The notes under the pieces were generated by a model. It saw only the letters and a list, made by a program, of their open reading frames with translations, was not told the DNA's origin and did no database searches. Below, in pieces: positions 6,753-15,632 of a stretch of 26,425 nucleotides of DNA (its first letter is position 1; every line of letters starts with the position of its first letter). The DNA lies in the NCBI GenBank assembly GCA_038067995.1, contig JBBTMW010000136.1, positions 1 through 26,425 of the forward strand, in the 5' to 3' direction. The DNA comes from Candidatus Zixiibacteriota bacterium (GTDB lineage Bacteria > Zixibacteria > MSB-5A5 > GN15 > FEB-12). Made by a program: the position numbers and the translations under genes.

Positions 6753-9212
6753 CTACTTGACCAGCTGTTTCCCTTTGTCGGGGGTCTGCTGGCGGGCGTT
6801 AAACGTGAATGTCAACTGTTCTTCGCTTGCACCCACCACAAGATCAAGATCACCGGCATACTGGCCGCGGAGCACTTCCTCGGCAAGCGGGTCTTCAAGA
6901 TACTTCTGGAGGGCGCGCTTGAGCGGGCGAGCGCCGTACTGCGGCTCCCATCCCTTCTCGGCAAGAAAATCCTTGGCCTCGACGCTCAATTGGAAGCTGA
7001 TCCCCTTGTCGGCAAGGCGCTTGGCAATATCAACGACGAGAATGTCGATGATCTGCTTGATGTGCGATCTCTCAAGGGAATGGAAAATAACGGTGTCGTC
7101 GATACGGTTGATAAGCTCGGGATTGAAGAGTTTCTTCAGTTCCTCTTTTATCCGCTTCTTCATGGTGTCATACGACTGCTCAACGGCGGTAGCATCGAAC
7201 CCGACCGTCTTCCCTTCGCCAATTTGGCGGGTGCCGACATTCGAGGTCATGATTACTATAGTGTTGCGGAAATCAACTTTCCGTCCGAATGAATCGGTGA
7301 GGGAACCGTCGTCCATCAGCTGAAGAAGAATATTGAAGACATCCGGGTGTGCCTTTTCGATTTCTTCAAGAAGGACCACGCTGTAAGGTTTGCGACGGAC
7401 TTTTTCGGTCAGCTGGCCGCCCTCTTCAAACCCGACATAGCCGGGAGGGGCGCCGATAAGACGCGAGACTGCGAACTTTTCCATATATTCCGACATATCA
7501 ATGCGAATGAGCGACTCAGTGTCGTCAAAGAGGAATGTCGCGAGGGCCCGAGCAAGTTCGGTTTTGCCAACGCCAGTCGGGCCGAGGAACATGAATGTGC
7601 CAATCGGACGGCGCGGGTCGCCTAGTCCGGCGCGAGCACGACGGATGGCTTTCGAAATCGTGGTTATTGCCTCAGTCTGACCGACAATGACCCGGCTCAG
7701 TTCCTCTTCCATGCGAAGCAGTCGCCGTGATTCATTTTCCTCAAGACGGAACAGCGGAATTCCAGTCATCTTAGCGAGAACGGCGGCGACGTCATCAGCG
7801 GTGAGAGTCACGCGCTCTTTGTCGCGCTGTTCTGTCCATTTGCGTTGAAGCTCGGCGAGGTTCTCCTTGCGGGCCTTGATCTCATCGCGAAGTTGTGCGG
7901 CAGTCTCGAAGGCCTGATTTTTGACCGACTGCTCTTTCTTCGTCTGCAGTTCAGTGATCTCGGTCTCGATAGTTCCGAACTCCTGCGGGCGGGTGTATGT
8001 CGAGAGATGTGCCCGCGAACCGGCCTCGTCGATGAGGTCGATGGCCTTATCCGGTTGGAACTTGTTCGAGACATAGCGATTCGACAGCTTGACGGCCGCC
8101 TCAATCGCCTGATCGGTTATAATCAGCTTGTGGTGCTCTTCGTAGCGCTGGCGAAGTCCTTTGAGAATGAGAATCGTATCTTCTTCAGTGGGGGGGTCGA
8201 CCATGACAATCTGGAACCGTCGGTCAAGGGCTCCATCCTTCTCAATATATTTGCGGTATTCGTTGAGCGTCGTCGCTCCGATGCACCGCAGTTCGCCGCG
8301 AGCGAGAGAGGGCTTGAAAATATTCGATGCATCCAACGACCCTTCAGCCCCGCCGGCGCCGACGATGGTGTGGATTTCATCAATGAAGATGATAACGTCA
8401 TTGCTGTTGATGATTTCCTGCATAACTGCTTTGAGACGTTCTTCAAACTGTCCGCGGTATTTGGTTCCTGCCACCAGCGAGGCCATGTCGAGCGTCACCA
8501 CGCGCTTATTTTCGAGGGTCTGAGGGACGCGGTTTTCTACAATGCGCTGGGCAAGCCCCTCGGCGATGGCGGTCTTGCCGACGCCCGGCTCGCCAATGAG
8601 GACAGGATTGTTTTTCTTACGGCGCGAAAGAATCTGCGCCACACGCTCGATCTCGTCTTCGCGGCCGATGATCGGATCAAGCTTGCCGCGACGAGCCAGT
8701 TCGGTCAGATCGCGACCGAAATGATCGAGAGCGGGAGTTTTTGATTTTTTTCGTTTTTTCTTGAACGATGACGGCCGCCCTGAGGAGATATTTTTCAATT
8801 CCTCGTAAGCTTCCTTGTAATCAATTTCGTATGTCGACAGCACCTGTGCCGCAACTCCTTCTTCATCACGAAGAAGCGCCAGCAGGATGTGCTCGGTGTC
8901 GATGTCTTTGGATTTGAGAGCGCGTGCCTCCTGGCCGGAAACTTCGAGAGTCTTCTTGGCGCGAGCGGTCAGGGGAAGCTGACCCATCGTCATCGTGCCG
9001 CCGGATGGTTGCACGACCTCTTCAATGGATGCTTTCAAATCAGAAAGCTCCAAGCCGAGGTTGTTGATAACATCAACGGCGCGGCCTTCGCCCAGCCGGA
9101 TCAATCCCAACAGGAGATGCTCAGTACCGATATAGTCATGGCGCAGACGAGCGGCCTCATCACGGGCAAACTCGATTGCCTTGCGCGCGCTTTCTGTAAA
9201 CATCTCATTCAT
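6753..9212 (-). CDS. clpC: ATP-dependent Clp protease ATP-binding subunit ClpC
   Basis: Clp N-terminal repeats; NBD1 GEPGVGKT and IFIDEIHT; UVR-like middle domain ([11 protein letters not shown]); NBD2 GPTGVGKT; GARPL; follows mcsA-mcsB. Confidence 0.97.
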   Translation of the reverse strand: MNEMFTESARKAIEFARDEAARLRHDYIGTEHLLLGLIRLGEGRAVDVINNLGLELSDLKASIEEVVQPSGGTMTMGQLPLTARAKKTLEVSGQEARALKSKDIDTEHILLALLRDEEGVAAQVLSTYEIDYKEAYEELKNISSGRPSSFKKKRKKSKTPALDHFGRDLTELARRGKLDPIIGREDEIERVAQILSRRKKNNPVLIGEPGVGKTAIAEGLAQRIVENRVPQTLENKRVVTLDMASLVAGTKYRGQFEERLKAVMQEIINSNDVIIFIDEIHTIVGAGGAEGSLDASNIFKPSLARGELRCIGATTLNEYRKYIEKDGALDRRFQIVMVDPPTEEDTILILKGLRQRYEEHHKLIITDQAIEAAVKLSNRYVSNKFQPDKAIDLIDEAGSRAHLSTYTRPQEFGTIETEITELQTKKEQSVKNQAFETAAQLRDEIKARKENLAELQRKWTEQRDKERVTLTADDVAAVLAKMTGIPLFRLEENESRRLLRMEEELSRVIVGQTEAITTISKAIRRARAGLGDPRRPIGTFMFLGPTGVGKTELARALATFLFDDTESLIRIDMSEYMEKFAVSRLIGAPPGYVGFEEGGQLTEKVRRKPYSVVLLEEIEKAHPDVFNILLQLMDDGSLTDSFGRKVDFRNTIVIMTSNVGTRQIGEGKTVGFDATAVEQSYDTMKKRIKEELKKLFNPELINRIDDTVIFHSLERSHIKQIIDILVVDIAKRLADKGISFQLSVEAKDFLAEKGWEPQYGARPLKRALQKYLEDPLAEEVLRGQYAGDLDLVVGASEEQLTFTFNARQQTPDKGKQLVK

Positions 9213-9284
9213 GATTCGTCTTCCTCTCTAACGTTGTCGATCCAATATACGTTCAATCGCGCCGTTCATGCAAGAACTCTGCAG

Positions 9285-10355
9285 TCACTTTCGCGGCACT
9301 GATCGCAGACGCTCACGCACCATTTGCGCGCGAACGAAATCCCGACGATTTGCATCCATATGCTGGCCATAGTATTTCTGCAAATGGGCAGGTTGAGACA
9401 AAAGAAGTATTTCGTTGATAATCGTATTGTCGAGAAAATCGATAATCTTCATGGCGTGTCCAAGGCGCACTGCCGACAACAAGTTCATCACTTCGTCCGA
9501 GGTCAACACACGGGCGTGCTCGAGTATGCCATAAGCCCGCCAGATCTTATCCTCAATCATGTCAGCCGCTTCGTCCATCAAACGCTTTCGTGCCGAAGCC
9601 TCTTTCTCGATGATTTCATGTGTGATCCGTGTGATTTGTTGCACAATGTCATCTTCGGTTACGCCGAGCGTATTCTGATTCGATACCTGGAAAAGATTTC
9701 CAAGAACATCAGAACCTTCGCCGTAAAATCCGCGAACAACCAATCCCGACCGCGTTATGTGTGATATGAGTTTTTCAATCTCACGGGTTAATACGAGGCC
9801 GGGGAGATGGATAAGGACCGAGGCTCGCATTCCTGTACCGACGTTGGTCGGGCAGGTGGTCAGGTAGCCAAAATCCTTGTCGTAGTCATATTCAAGATGT
9901 TTTCCAATTTCGGCGTCGTAGGCGAGAGCCAGTTCAAAGGCGCCGCGAGCGTCGAGTCCGGCGGCCAGAGCCTGAATCCGGAAATGATCCTCTTCGTTCA
10001 CCATGATCGAAACGCGCTCATTTTTATCGATGAAAAGAGCCTTGAGTGTGTCGCCATTAACAAGAAATGTCGGCGAAATCAGATGACGTTCGACAAGAAA
10101 ATCCCGATCAAGTTCGTCGATTTCCTGTGCGCGATACGTGTGCCCTTCGGTGAGGAGCGTAGAGCGCGACGTCGTCGTATCGAAATAATTCACAATTCGT
10201 TTTCTGGCCTCAATCGAAGCCGAAGGCGGAAAGGCGCATCCCGCTACATTGCGGGCAAGGCGAACGCGGGTGGAGAGAACCACCAGGGCTTCCTCTCCTT
10301 TACCACTCAGCCAGGCGGCAGGGGCTTTAGCCATTTCTTCAAACATAGGTTCCAC
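9285..10355 (-). CDS. mcsB: Protein-arginine kinase McsB
   Basis: STRVRLARN, NEEDH, GYLTTCPTNVGTG, VRGFYGEGS, QVSNQ.TLG phosphagen-kinase motifs. Confidence 0.95.
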   Translation of the reverse strand: MEPMFEEMAKAPAAWLSGKGEEALVVLSTRVRLARNVAGCAFPPSASIEARKRIVNYFDTTTSRSTLLTEGHTYRAQEIDELDRDFLVERHLISPTFLVNGDTLKALFIDKNERVSIMVNEEDHFRIQALAAGLDARGAFELALAYDAEIGKHLEYDYDKDFGYLTTCPTNVGTGMRASVLIHLPGLVLTREIEKLISHITRSGLVVRGFYGEGSDVLGNLFQVSNQNTLGVTEDDIVQQITRITHEIIEKEASARKRLMDEAADMIEDKIWRAYGILEHARVLTSDEVMNLLSAVRLGHAMKIIDFLDNTIINEILLLSQPAHLQKYYGQHMDANRRDFVRAQMVRERLRSVPRK

Positions 10356-10372
10356 GTCTGCTCCTGTTGTTC

Positions 10373-10921
10373 CTACGCGTGCTCGGTATGTCGCAGTGAT
10401 TTGAGTTTATCACGGATCTCGACCGCCCGTTCAAAATCTTCGGATTCGATAGCTTTCTGCAGTTCGGCGTCGAGGCGCTCTTCTTCACGCACCACCGGCA
10501 TGACATCATCGATCACACCCTTGGCTGTCACTTCGGCAAGCGGCCCACGGCCGCGATGGAGCGACGCTCCATGCACCTTACGAAGAATCGGTTCGATGCG
10601 GGTTCGAAATGTGCTGTAACATGTCCCACACCCGAATCGTCCTTGTCGTGTGAAGGCGTCGAATGTCAGTCCGCACGACGGACAGGTAAGGTCGGGTTGC
10701 GGGTGCGCCGGTTTGGCAAAGAGAGGCCCGGTCCCCATTCCCGTCAGGCTTGAGAGTATCTCTGCAAGCGGAAAGGGGATATTTTCCAGCGGGGAGTGGA
10801 AGCCACGCTGGGCGGCGCACTCCTTGCACAACGAGAGGCTCGTCTTCTCGTTGTTGATTATCTGCGTCAGGTGAACCTGCGCTTCCCGTTGTTTGCAATC
10901 CTGACAGAGCATTTTCTGCAT
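10373..10921 (-). CDS. mcsA: McsA, activator of McsB (four CXXC motifs plus UVR domain)
   Basis: CQDC, CKEC, CPSC, CGTC; C-terminal EDFERAVEIRD UVR motif. Confidence 0.93.
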   Translation of the reverse strand: MQKMLCQDCKQREAQVHLTQIINNEKTSLSLCKECAAQRGFHSPLENIPFPLAEILSSLTGMGTGPLFAKPAHPQPDLTCPSCGLTFDAFTRQGRFGCGTCYSTFRTRIEPILRKVHGASLHRGRGPLAEVTAKGVIDDVMPVVREEERLDAELQKAIESEDFERAVEIRDKLKSLRHTEHA

Positions 10922-10927
10922 CCCTCG

Positions 10928-11647
10928 TTATCGTGAATGGACCAGATCGTCGGCGATCTGTCCAGCTACAAGTCGTATCTCGCGACGGCATCCATCGGCC
11001 AGCTCGCGGTTATGTGTCGCCACTATAATCGTTGTATTACTCTCCCGGTTCAAGCGAAAGAGTAAATCATGCAAGTGCCGTCCTGTTTGCGTGTCAAGAT
11101 TCCCCGATGGTTCATCGGCAATCAAGACCTTTGGTTCATTCGCCAGAGATCTGGCCACTGCCACTCTCTGCTGTTCACCGCCGGACAATTGCCCCGGACG
11201 ATGCGACATCCTATCACCTAAACCAACTTCTTCAAGAAGTTGTTCACTTCGACGGCGAGCTTCTGTTTCCGTCTTACCGGCGATTAACTGCGGTATCATC
11301 ACATTCTCAAGTGCGGAAAAGTCTTCCATCAAATAATGATGCTGAAAGACAAATCCCATATTTGTACATCGAAATCGGGCCAACTCTGCGTCGCTCTGCG
11401 TGTTCAACCTCAGGTCGGAGACGTCGACGGTTCCTTTTGTAGGACGATCAAGCCCTCCCAAAAGATGAAGAAGGGTCGACTTGCCAACCCCCGATGCTCC
11501 TGTCACGGCCACTGTATCTCCGGCTGAAACATTCAGGCTTACTCCGTTTAACACAGTCAGTCGGCTATCCCCCGAGATATATTCTTTATGAAGGCCAGCC
11601 GCTGAAATAATACCACCGTTGTCTTTCATCGCTGATACACGTCCCAT
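10928..11647 (-). CDS. lolD: LolD-family ABC transporter ATP-binding protein
   Basis: GASGVGKST, GFVFQHHYL, LSGGEQQRVAVAR, ADEPSGNLD; adjacent to a LolC/E permease. Start may be ATG 11629. Confidence 0.85.
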   Translation of the reverse strand: MGRVSAMKDNGGIISAAGLHKEYISGDSRLTVLNGVSLNVSAGDTVAVTGASGVGKSTLLHLLGGLDRPTKGTVDVSDLRLNTQSDAELARFRCTNMGFVFQHHYLMEDFSALENVMIPQLIAGKTETEARRRSEQLLEEVGLGDRMSHRPGQLSGGEQQRVAVARSLANEPKVLIADEPSGNLDTQTGRHLHDLLFRLNRESNTTIIVATHNRELADGCRREIRLVAGQIADDLVHSR

Positions 11648-11749
11648 GTTCCTCTAAGCGGGCTAAGCCCAATTACCATATTATTTTCGACGAATTCTGT
11701 CATTGTCTTAAGTGTCCGGCTCCGAAAATCCCGCTTTTTTCTACTTATC

Positions 11750-13012
11750 CTATTGTCTGATAACATCCACGACCTGCAACTGCGAGGCCTGCCGCGCCGG
11801 GTACAGAGAGGCCAAAAAGCAAATTAGTACTGTTACCCCACCAGTGGCCAGGAAATCCACGATATGCGGCTCAACCGGCAAGTAACTGATAAAGTAGATA
11901 TCCGGCGGCAGAGTAATAATCTCGAACCGGTTCTGGATAATCGAAAGTGACAAAGCCAGCGCCCATCCAGAGACCACGCCAAAGATTCCGATCGCCAGTC
12001 CCTTATACACAAAGATCCGCCCGATATCGGCCGGGGTCGAGCCCATCGTTTTCAAAATACCGATTTCGGGGCGCTTTTCCATTGTCATCATGACAAGAGT
12101 CGAAATCATCGAGAATGCCGCCACGAGGACAATGAGGGTGAAACCGAGAAACAGAATTTTCTTTTCGGCGGCAATATATGAAAAGAGATTCCGGTGCAGT
12201 TCGGTCCACGGCACGACGTCATACATATGCCCCAGCGCCGAATCGACCGTCGAGGCCATCTCGTCGGCCTTGTAAATATCGACTATCCGGGCATGAACGG
12301 CGGTTACGGCATTGCCTGTTTTGAAAAGTTTCTGCGCCGAAGGAAGGGAGATATAGGCAAGCTCGCCGTCAAGTTCATAGACTCCGGTTTCAAAAATACC
12401 TGAGATGTAATACTTGGCCACCCGGGGGCGGGAATTGGCGCGAAGGTCCTCACCGCGCAATGAATACAGCACCACTGGAGAACCAATGAAGACTCCCAGC
12501 CGGTCGGCCAACGTCGAGCCGAGAATCATAGCGGGAATTGTGTCATCGGGAGCTATTGAATCGACGAAGGTGTAGCCGCCTGCGGTGATATTTTTTTCGA
12601 GGTCGGAGGTTTTGCGCTCCTGATCAAGATCGATGCCGCGAATGATGATGCCATCCCCTGCTGACGCCGACGATATCGCCGCCTTGTAGTAGACGAACGC
12701 CGATGCGGCTGTGACGCCTTCGATCTTTTCGACTTTGGCAACCAGATCGTTGTAGTTGTCGAGGACGTCTATGTAGAGAGGGAAAAACGAGATATGCGAG
12801 GTGGTGCCGATGAGACGGGTGCGGATTTCGCTTTCGAAACCGTTGGTCATCGACATCACGAAACAGACGGTGGCGACGCCGAGGGTGACGCCGAGGGTGG
12901 TTATCCAGGTGGCGACCGCTACAAAGTATCGCCCCGAGGAGAGGTATCGTTTGGCTATGAAGAGCTGGTATTTCACGATACCAGTATAGCCCCATATGTT
13001 CCTCAACATCAA
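11750..13012 (-). CDS. lolC: LolC/E-family lipoprotein-releasing ABC permease
   Basis: FIAKRYL...GVTLGVA...VMSMTNGFE; EKRPEIGILKTMG; LPPDIYFISYLP; SLYPARQAS. Start may be GTG 12976. Confidence 0.88.
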   Translation of the reverse strand: MMLRNIWGYTGIVKYQLFIAKRYLSSGRYFVAVATWITTLGVTLGVATVCFVMSMTNGFESEIRTRLIGTTSHISFFPLYIDVLDNYNDLVAKVEKIEGVTAASAFVYYKAAISSASAGDGIIIRGIDLDQERKTSDLEKNITAGGYTFVDSIAPDDTIPAMILGSTLADRLGVFIGSPVVLYSLRGEDLRANSRPRVAKYYISGIFETGVYELDGELAYISLPSAQKLFKTGNAVTAVHARIVDIYKADEMASTVDSALGHMYDVVPWTELHRNLFSYIAAEKKILFLGFTLIVLVAAFSMISTLVMMTMEKRPEIGILKTMGSTPADIGRIFVYKGLAIGIFGVVSGWALALSLSIIQNRFEIITLPPDIYFISYLPVEPHIVDFLATGGVTVLICFLASLYPARQASQLQVVDVIRQ

Positions 13013-13033
13013 CGACTTTTAGGGGGACTCCTT

Positions 13034-13067
13034 TCTGTCATTCCCGCGAAGGCGGGAATCCAGTCCT
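13034..13067 (+). repeat. Family C palindromic repeat
   Basis: Identical to 396-429. Confidence 0.9.
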
Positions 13068-13134
13068 GTTCTTTAGGGCAATTTTGAACAATTTGTCGCG
13101 GGTTAAAATAACACCGCCGCTTCGTTACGCATGT

Positions 13135-13164
13135 ATCATACCACCGAGCAGGTACTGCCGTCAA
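13135..13164 (-). promoter_or_regulatory. Sigma70-type promoter for the lolC/E-lolD(-mcsAB-clpC) unit
   Basis: Minus strand TTGACG (13164-13159), 18 nt ending in TGG, then TATGAT (13140-13135); extended -10. Confidence 0.55.
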
Positions 13165-13278
13165 TTCAATTGAGAAATACTGCCATACGAGTTATTGTTG
13201 GTGGTGTGAATATGGCAGAATGGATTTGCTTCTGTTGAGAGATTAATTGCAGAGCAGATTGCGGAGGGCGTAAAGACT

Positions 13279-14172
13279 ATGAACGAACCCAAACCAAGTG
13301 ATTTTGGCAATTTCGATCCTTCGGCAAATTACGAAATTGAATTGAGATTGTTCGAGAGCGATCGAGAGGCCTTGCTTAGCCCGTACATCTACAAGCCGGG
13401 CCGCAATAAAGGGATTTTGCAAATTCCGAGCTTTCTCCTTTTTTATATATCGGGTAGCATAGTTGTATGGTGGTTCGCTCTGTGCCTTTTATGTGCGGGT
13501 ATAGAAGAAATCACAGGAACAACATTTCTGCATCACATCGAGACGTTCGGTCACAAACTATGGTTTATACCGGCAATAATCATGTTGGCCGCCATATTAT
13601 TGCCTCTGTTGAGTTTTGTGATGGACCAATACTCTAGATTTAGGCCCCGCAAGATTCCCGAAGAAGTCAAATCTCAAGTTCTTGAGTTGGAACGCAAGAT
13701 AGCTGTATCGACGGCTATGATGAACGCAAAATCGAAATACTCCTCTGCACTAGAACAATATCAATTAGAATTAGCGGAGACAGGGGAAAATTGGTGGAAA
13801 GATCTGTCTGGCTATGAGCTAGAAAAGGCTGTAGCAAGAATGTTAAATCGCCTGGGATACAGTGCCACCGTAACAAAACAATCTGGAGACGGCGGTGTAG
13901 ATGTCATTGCGCAGAATTCCAGTCACACTTTGTTGATCCAATGTAAGGGATGGAATACAAAGATTGGCGTTCGGCCAGTCAGGGAATTGCTTGGGGTTGT
14001 TACGGATTCCAAAATAAATGGGACAGTCGCTGTAATGCTAAGTACAAATGGGTTTACGGAAGAGGCGTCGAATTTTGCTAATAGAAATCGCGTCCTCCTC
14101 TTGGATGCTAGGAGTCTAAGCGAAATTGCGGTAGGTCGCATGGAGAGCCTGCATTTCAAGGATTCAGATTGA
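13279..14172 (+). CDS. Membrane-anchored Mrr-like (type IV-related) restriction endonuclease domain protein
   Basis: Two hydrophobic segments at about aa 50-115, a coiled region, then an Mrr_cat-like PD-(D/E)xK domain: ELEKAVARML..LGY...VT..SGDGGVDV...IQCK...VRE......STNGFT. Confidence 0.82.
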   Translation: MNEPKPSDFGNFDPSANYEIELRLFESDREALLSPYIYKPGRNKGILQIPSFLLFYISGSIVVWWFALCLLCAGIEEITGTTFLHHIETFGHKLWFIPAIIMLAAILLPLLSFVMDQYSRFRPRKIPEEVKSQVLELERKIAVSTAMMNAKSKYSSALEQYQLELAETGENWWKDLSGYELEKAVARMLNRLGYSATVTKQSGDGGVDVIAQNSSHTLLIQCKGWNTKIGVRPVRELLGVVTDSKINGTVAVMLSTNGFTEEASNFANRNRVLLLDARSLSEIAVGRMESLHFKDSD

Positions 14173-14210
14173 ACTCCTGCGCCCAGCCCCTCAACACGAA
14201 TCTTTGCCCC

Positions 14211-14284
14211 GGTGGCCCAGGCAATGCCTGGGTTCTTCAATTCCTTATTGGATGCACTACTTCCCGCCCGGTGGGCGGGCCACC
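14211..14284. repeat. Inverted doublet (REPIN-like) of stem-variant family A REPs
   Basis: ggtgg-cccaggc-aat-gcctggg-ttc (14211-14235) and cccgccc-ggt-gggcggg-ccacc (14263-14284): same GGTGG + 7-bp stem + 3-nt loop plan as REP-A. Confidence 0.75.
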
Positions 14285-14295
14285 AAGGCAAGAAT

Positions 14296-14329
14296 GGCAG
14301 GGCTGAAAACAAACCTGCCCTACGAAGAA
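14296..14329 (-). repeat. GTAG-tagged hairpin
   Basis: Reverse complement ttcttc-gtag-ggcagg-tttgttttcagc-cctgcc; shares the ctacgaagaa flank with 4559-4568. Confidence 0.6.
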
Positions 14330-14345
14330 TGAGCCTAAGAAAAGA

Positions 14346-14398
14346 TGGGTTCCGGCTCAGCGCACTCGCTTTCGCGAGTACTTGGCCGGAATGACAGA
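14346..14398 (-). repeat. Branched TGTC-type repeat (family C') with inner GNRA hairpin
   Basis: Reverse complement tctgtcattccggc-caagt-actcgc-GAAA-gcgagt-gcgct-gagccggaaccca. Confidence 0.7.
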
Positions 14399-14417
14399 GA
14401 GGAGAGACGGGCTCTCG

Positions 14418-15383
14418 CTACTTCTTCTGACCGCTCAGGCTTGGCAGGGATTTTCCGGTCTGGCGCATGAAGAACTCCACCGTCTTGCGAAGGCCATCCT
14501 CAAATCCCACCTGCGGATTATAGCCGAACTTTCCGAACTTACTTATCGACGCGAAAGAATGACGAATATCCCCCTGACGTGCAGGAAGATAATTTGCCGG
14601 GATTTCAACTCCCATGATTGAGCGGATCTTATCAAGCAATTGATTCAGCGTAAACTGTCCGCCGCAAGCGACATTGAAATGCTCGCCGGCGATCTTGTCG
14701 TCGGTGGCGGCGAGATAGTTGGCCATGATGCAGTTATCAATGTAGGTGAAATCGCGTGACTGTTCGCCATCGCCAAACACAGTCGGTTGCTTGCCATCCA
14801 TGAAGGCCGTGATAAACTTGGGAATCACCGCGGCGTATTCGCCGTTGGGGTCCTGTTTCGGGCCAAAAATATTAAAGTAACGAAGCGATACTGTCGGAAA
14901 CTGATAGAGATTCCAATAGACTTTGAGATAATACTCGCCGGTCAGTTTCGTAATCGCATAGGGGGATAAGGGGGATGGAATCATTGCTTCGTGTTTGGGA
15001 AGCTCCTCCGACTCCCCATAAACCGACGACGAACAGGCGAAAACGAGCTTCTTCACCCCCGCAAGGCGCGAAGCCTCCAAAAGATGCAGGGTGCCGTTGA
15101 TATTCACCTCATTGGAAGTTAGCGGATTCTTGATCGACCGTGGCACCGAAGCCAGCGCCGCCTGATGCAAGACATAGTCGACACCCGACACGGCTTGCGA
15201 GACAATCCAGTAGTCCCGGACATCCCCTTCGATAAGCTCGATCTTGTCGAGGATACCGGCGATGTTTTCCCGTTTGCCGGTGGAAAAATTATCGAGAATG
15301 CGAACCTGATGTCCCTTCCTGAGAAGGAACTCGGCGATATTTGATCCGATGAAACCGGCGCCGCCAGTGATGAGGAACTTCAT
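14418..15383 (-). CDS. NAD-dependent nucleotide-sugar epimerase/dehydratase (WbpP/TviC-like SDR)
   Basis: TGGAGFIGS, HQAALASVPRS, SSSVYG, YAITK (YxxxK), LRYFNIFGP, GDGEQSRDFTY. Confidence 0.93.
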   Translation of the reverse strand: MKFLITGGAGFIGSNIAEFLLRKGHQVRILDNFSTGKRENIAGILDKIELIEGDVRDYWIVSQAVSGVDYVLHQAALASVPRSIKNPLTSNEVNINGTLHLLEASRLAGVKKLVFACSSSVYGESEELPKHEAMIPSPLSPYAITKLTGEYYLKVYWNLYQFPTVSLRYFNIFGPKQDPNGEYAAVIPKFITAFMDGKQPTVFGDGEQSRDFTYIDNCIMANYLAATDDKIAGEHFNVACGGQFTLNQLLDKIRSIMGVEIPANYLPARQGDIRHSFASISKFGKFGYNPQVGFEDGLRKTVEFFMRQTGKSLPSLSGQKK

Positions 15384-15556
15384 GGTATTGCTAATCCTTG
15401 TCTGATTCTTTGCCTCGTGCTGTACATATCGGCAGTTGAATCCGAAGTCATGAATCCCGGCTTGGCGGGAAACAATCGGTTGCTTGTATGCAGGACTTCA
15501 CAAGTATACCCCTCATGTTAAAAGATGTAAAGAGGGGATTGTGATGAAAAACTCTC

Positions 15557-15582
15557 ATGAAACTCTTTGGAAAAACCTCCGT
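15557..15582 (+). promoter_or_regulatory. Putative ECF promoter TGAAAC-N16-CGTA
   Basis: Exact match to the B. subtilis SigW-type consensus, 50 nt upstream of the PDZ gene ATG. Confidence 0.55.
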
Positions 15583-15632
15583 ATAACAATAGTAAGTGAA
15601 ACAAAGTTTTGATTCCATGAGGATGACGCATT

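Noticed and set aside
6630-9302. Long antisense ORFs over clpC (6630-7292, 7845-8744, 8889-9302) and similar ones over other core genes
   Set aside because: Shadow ORFs from codon bias of conserved genes; no motifs or RBS support.
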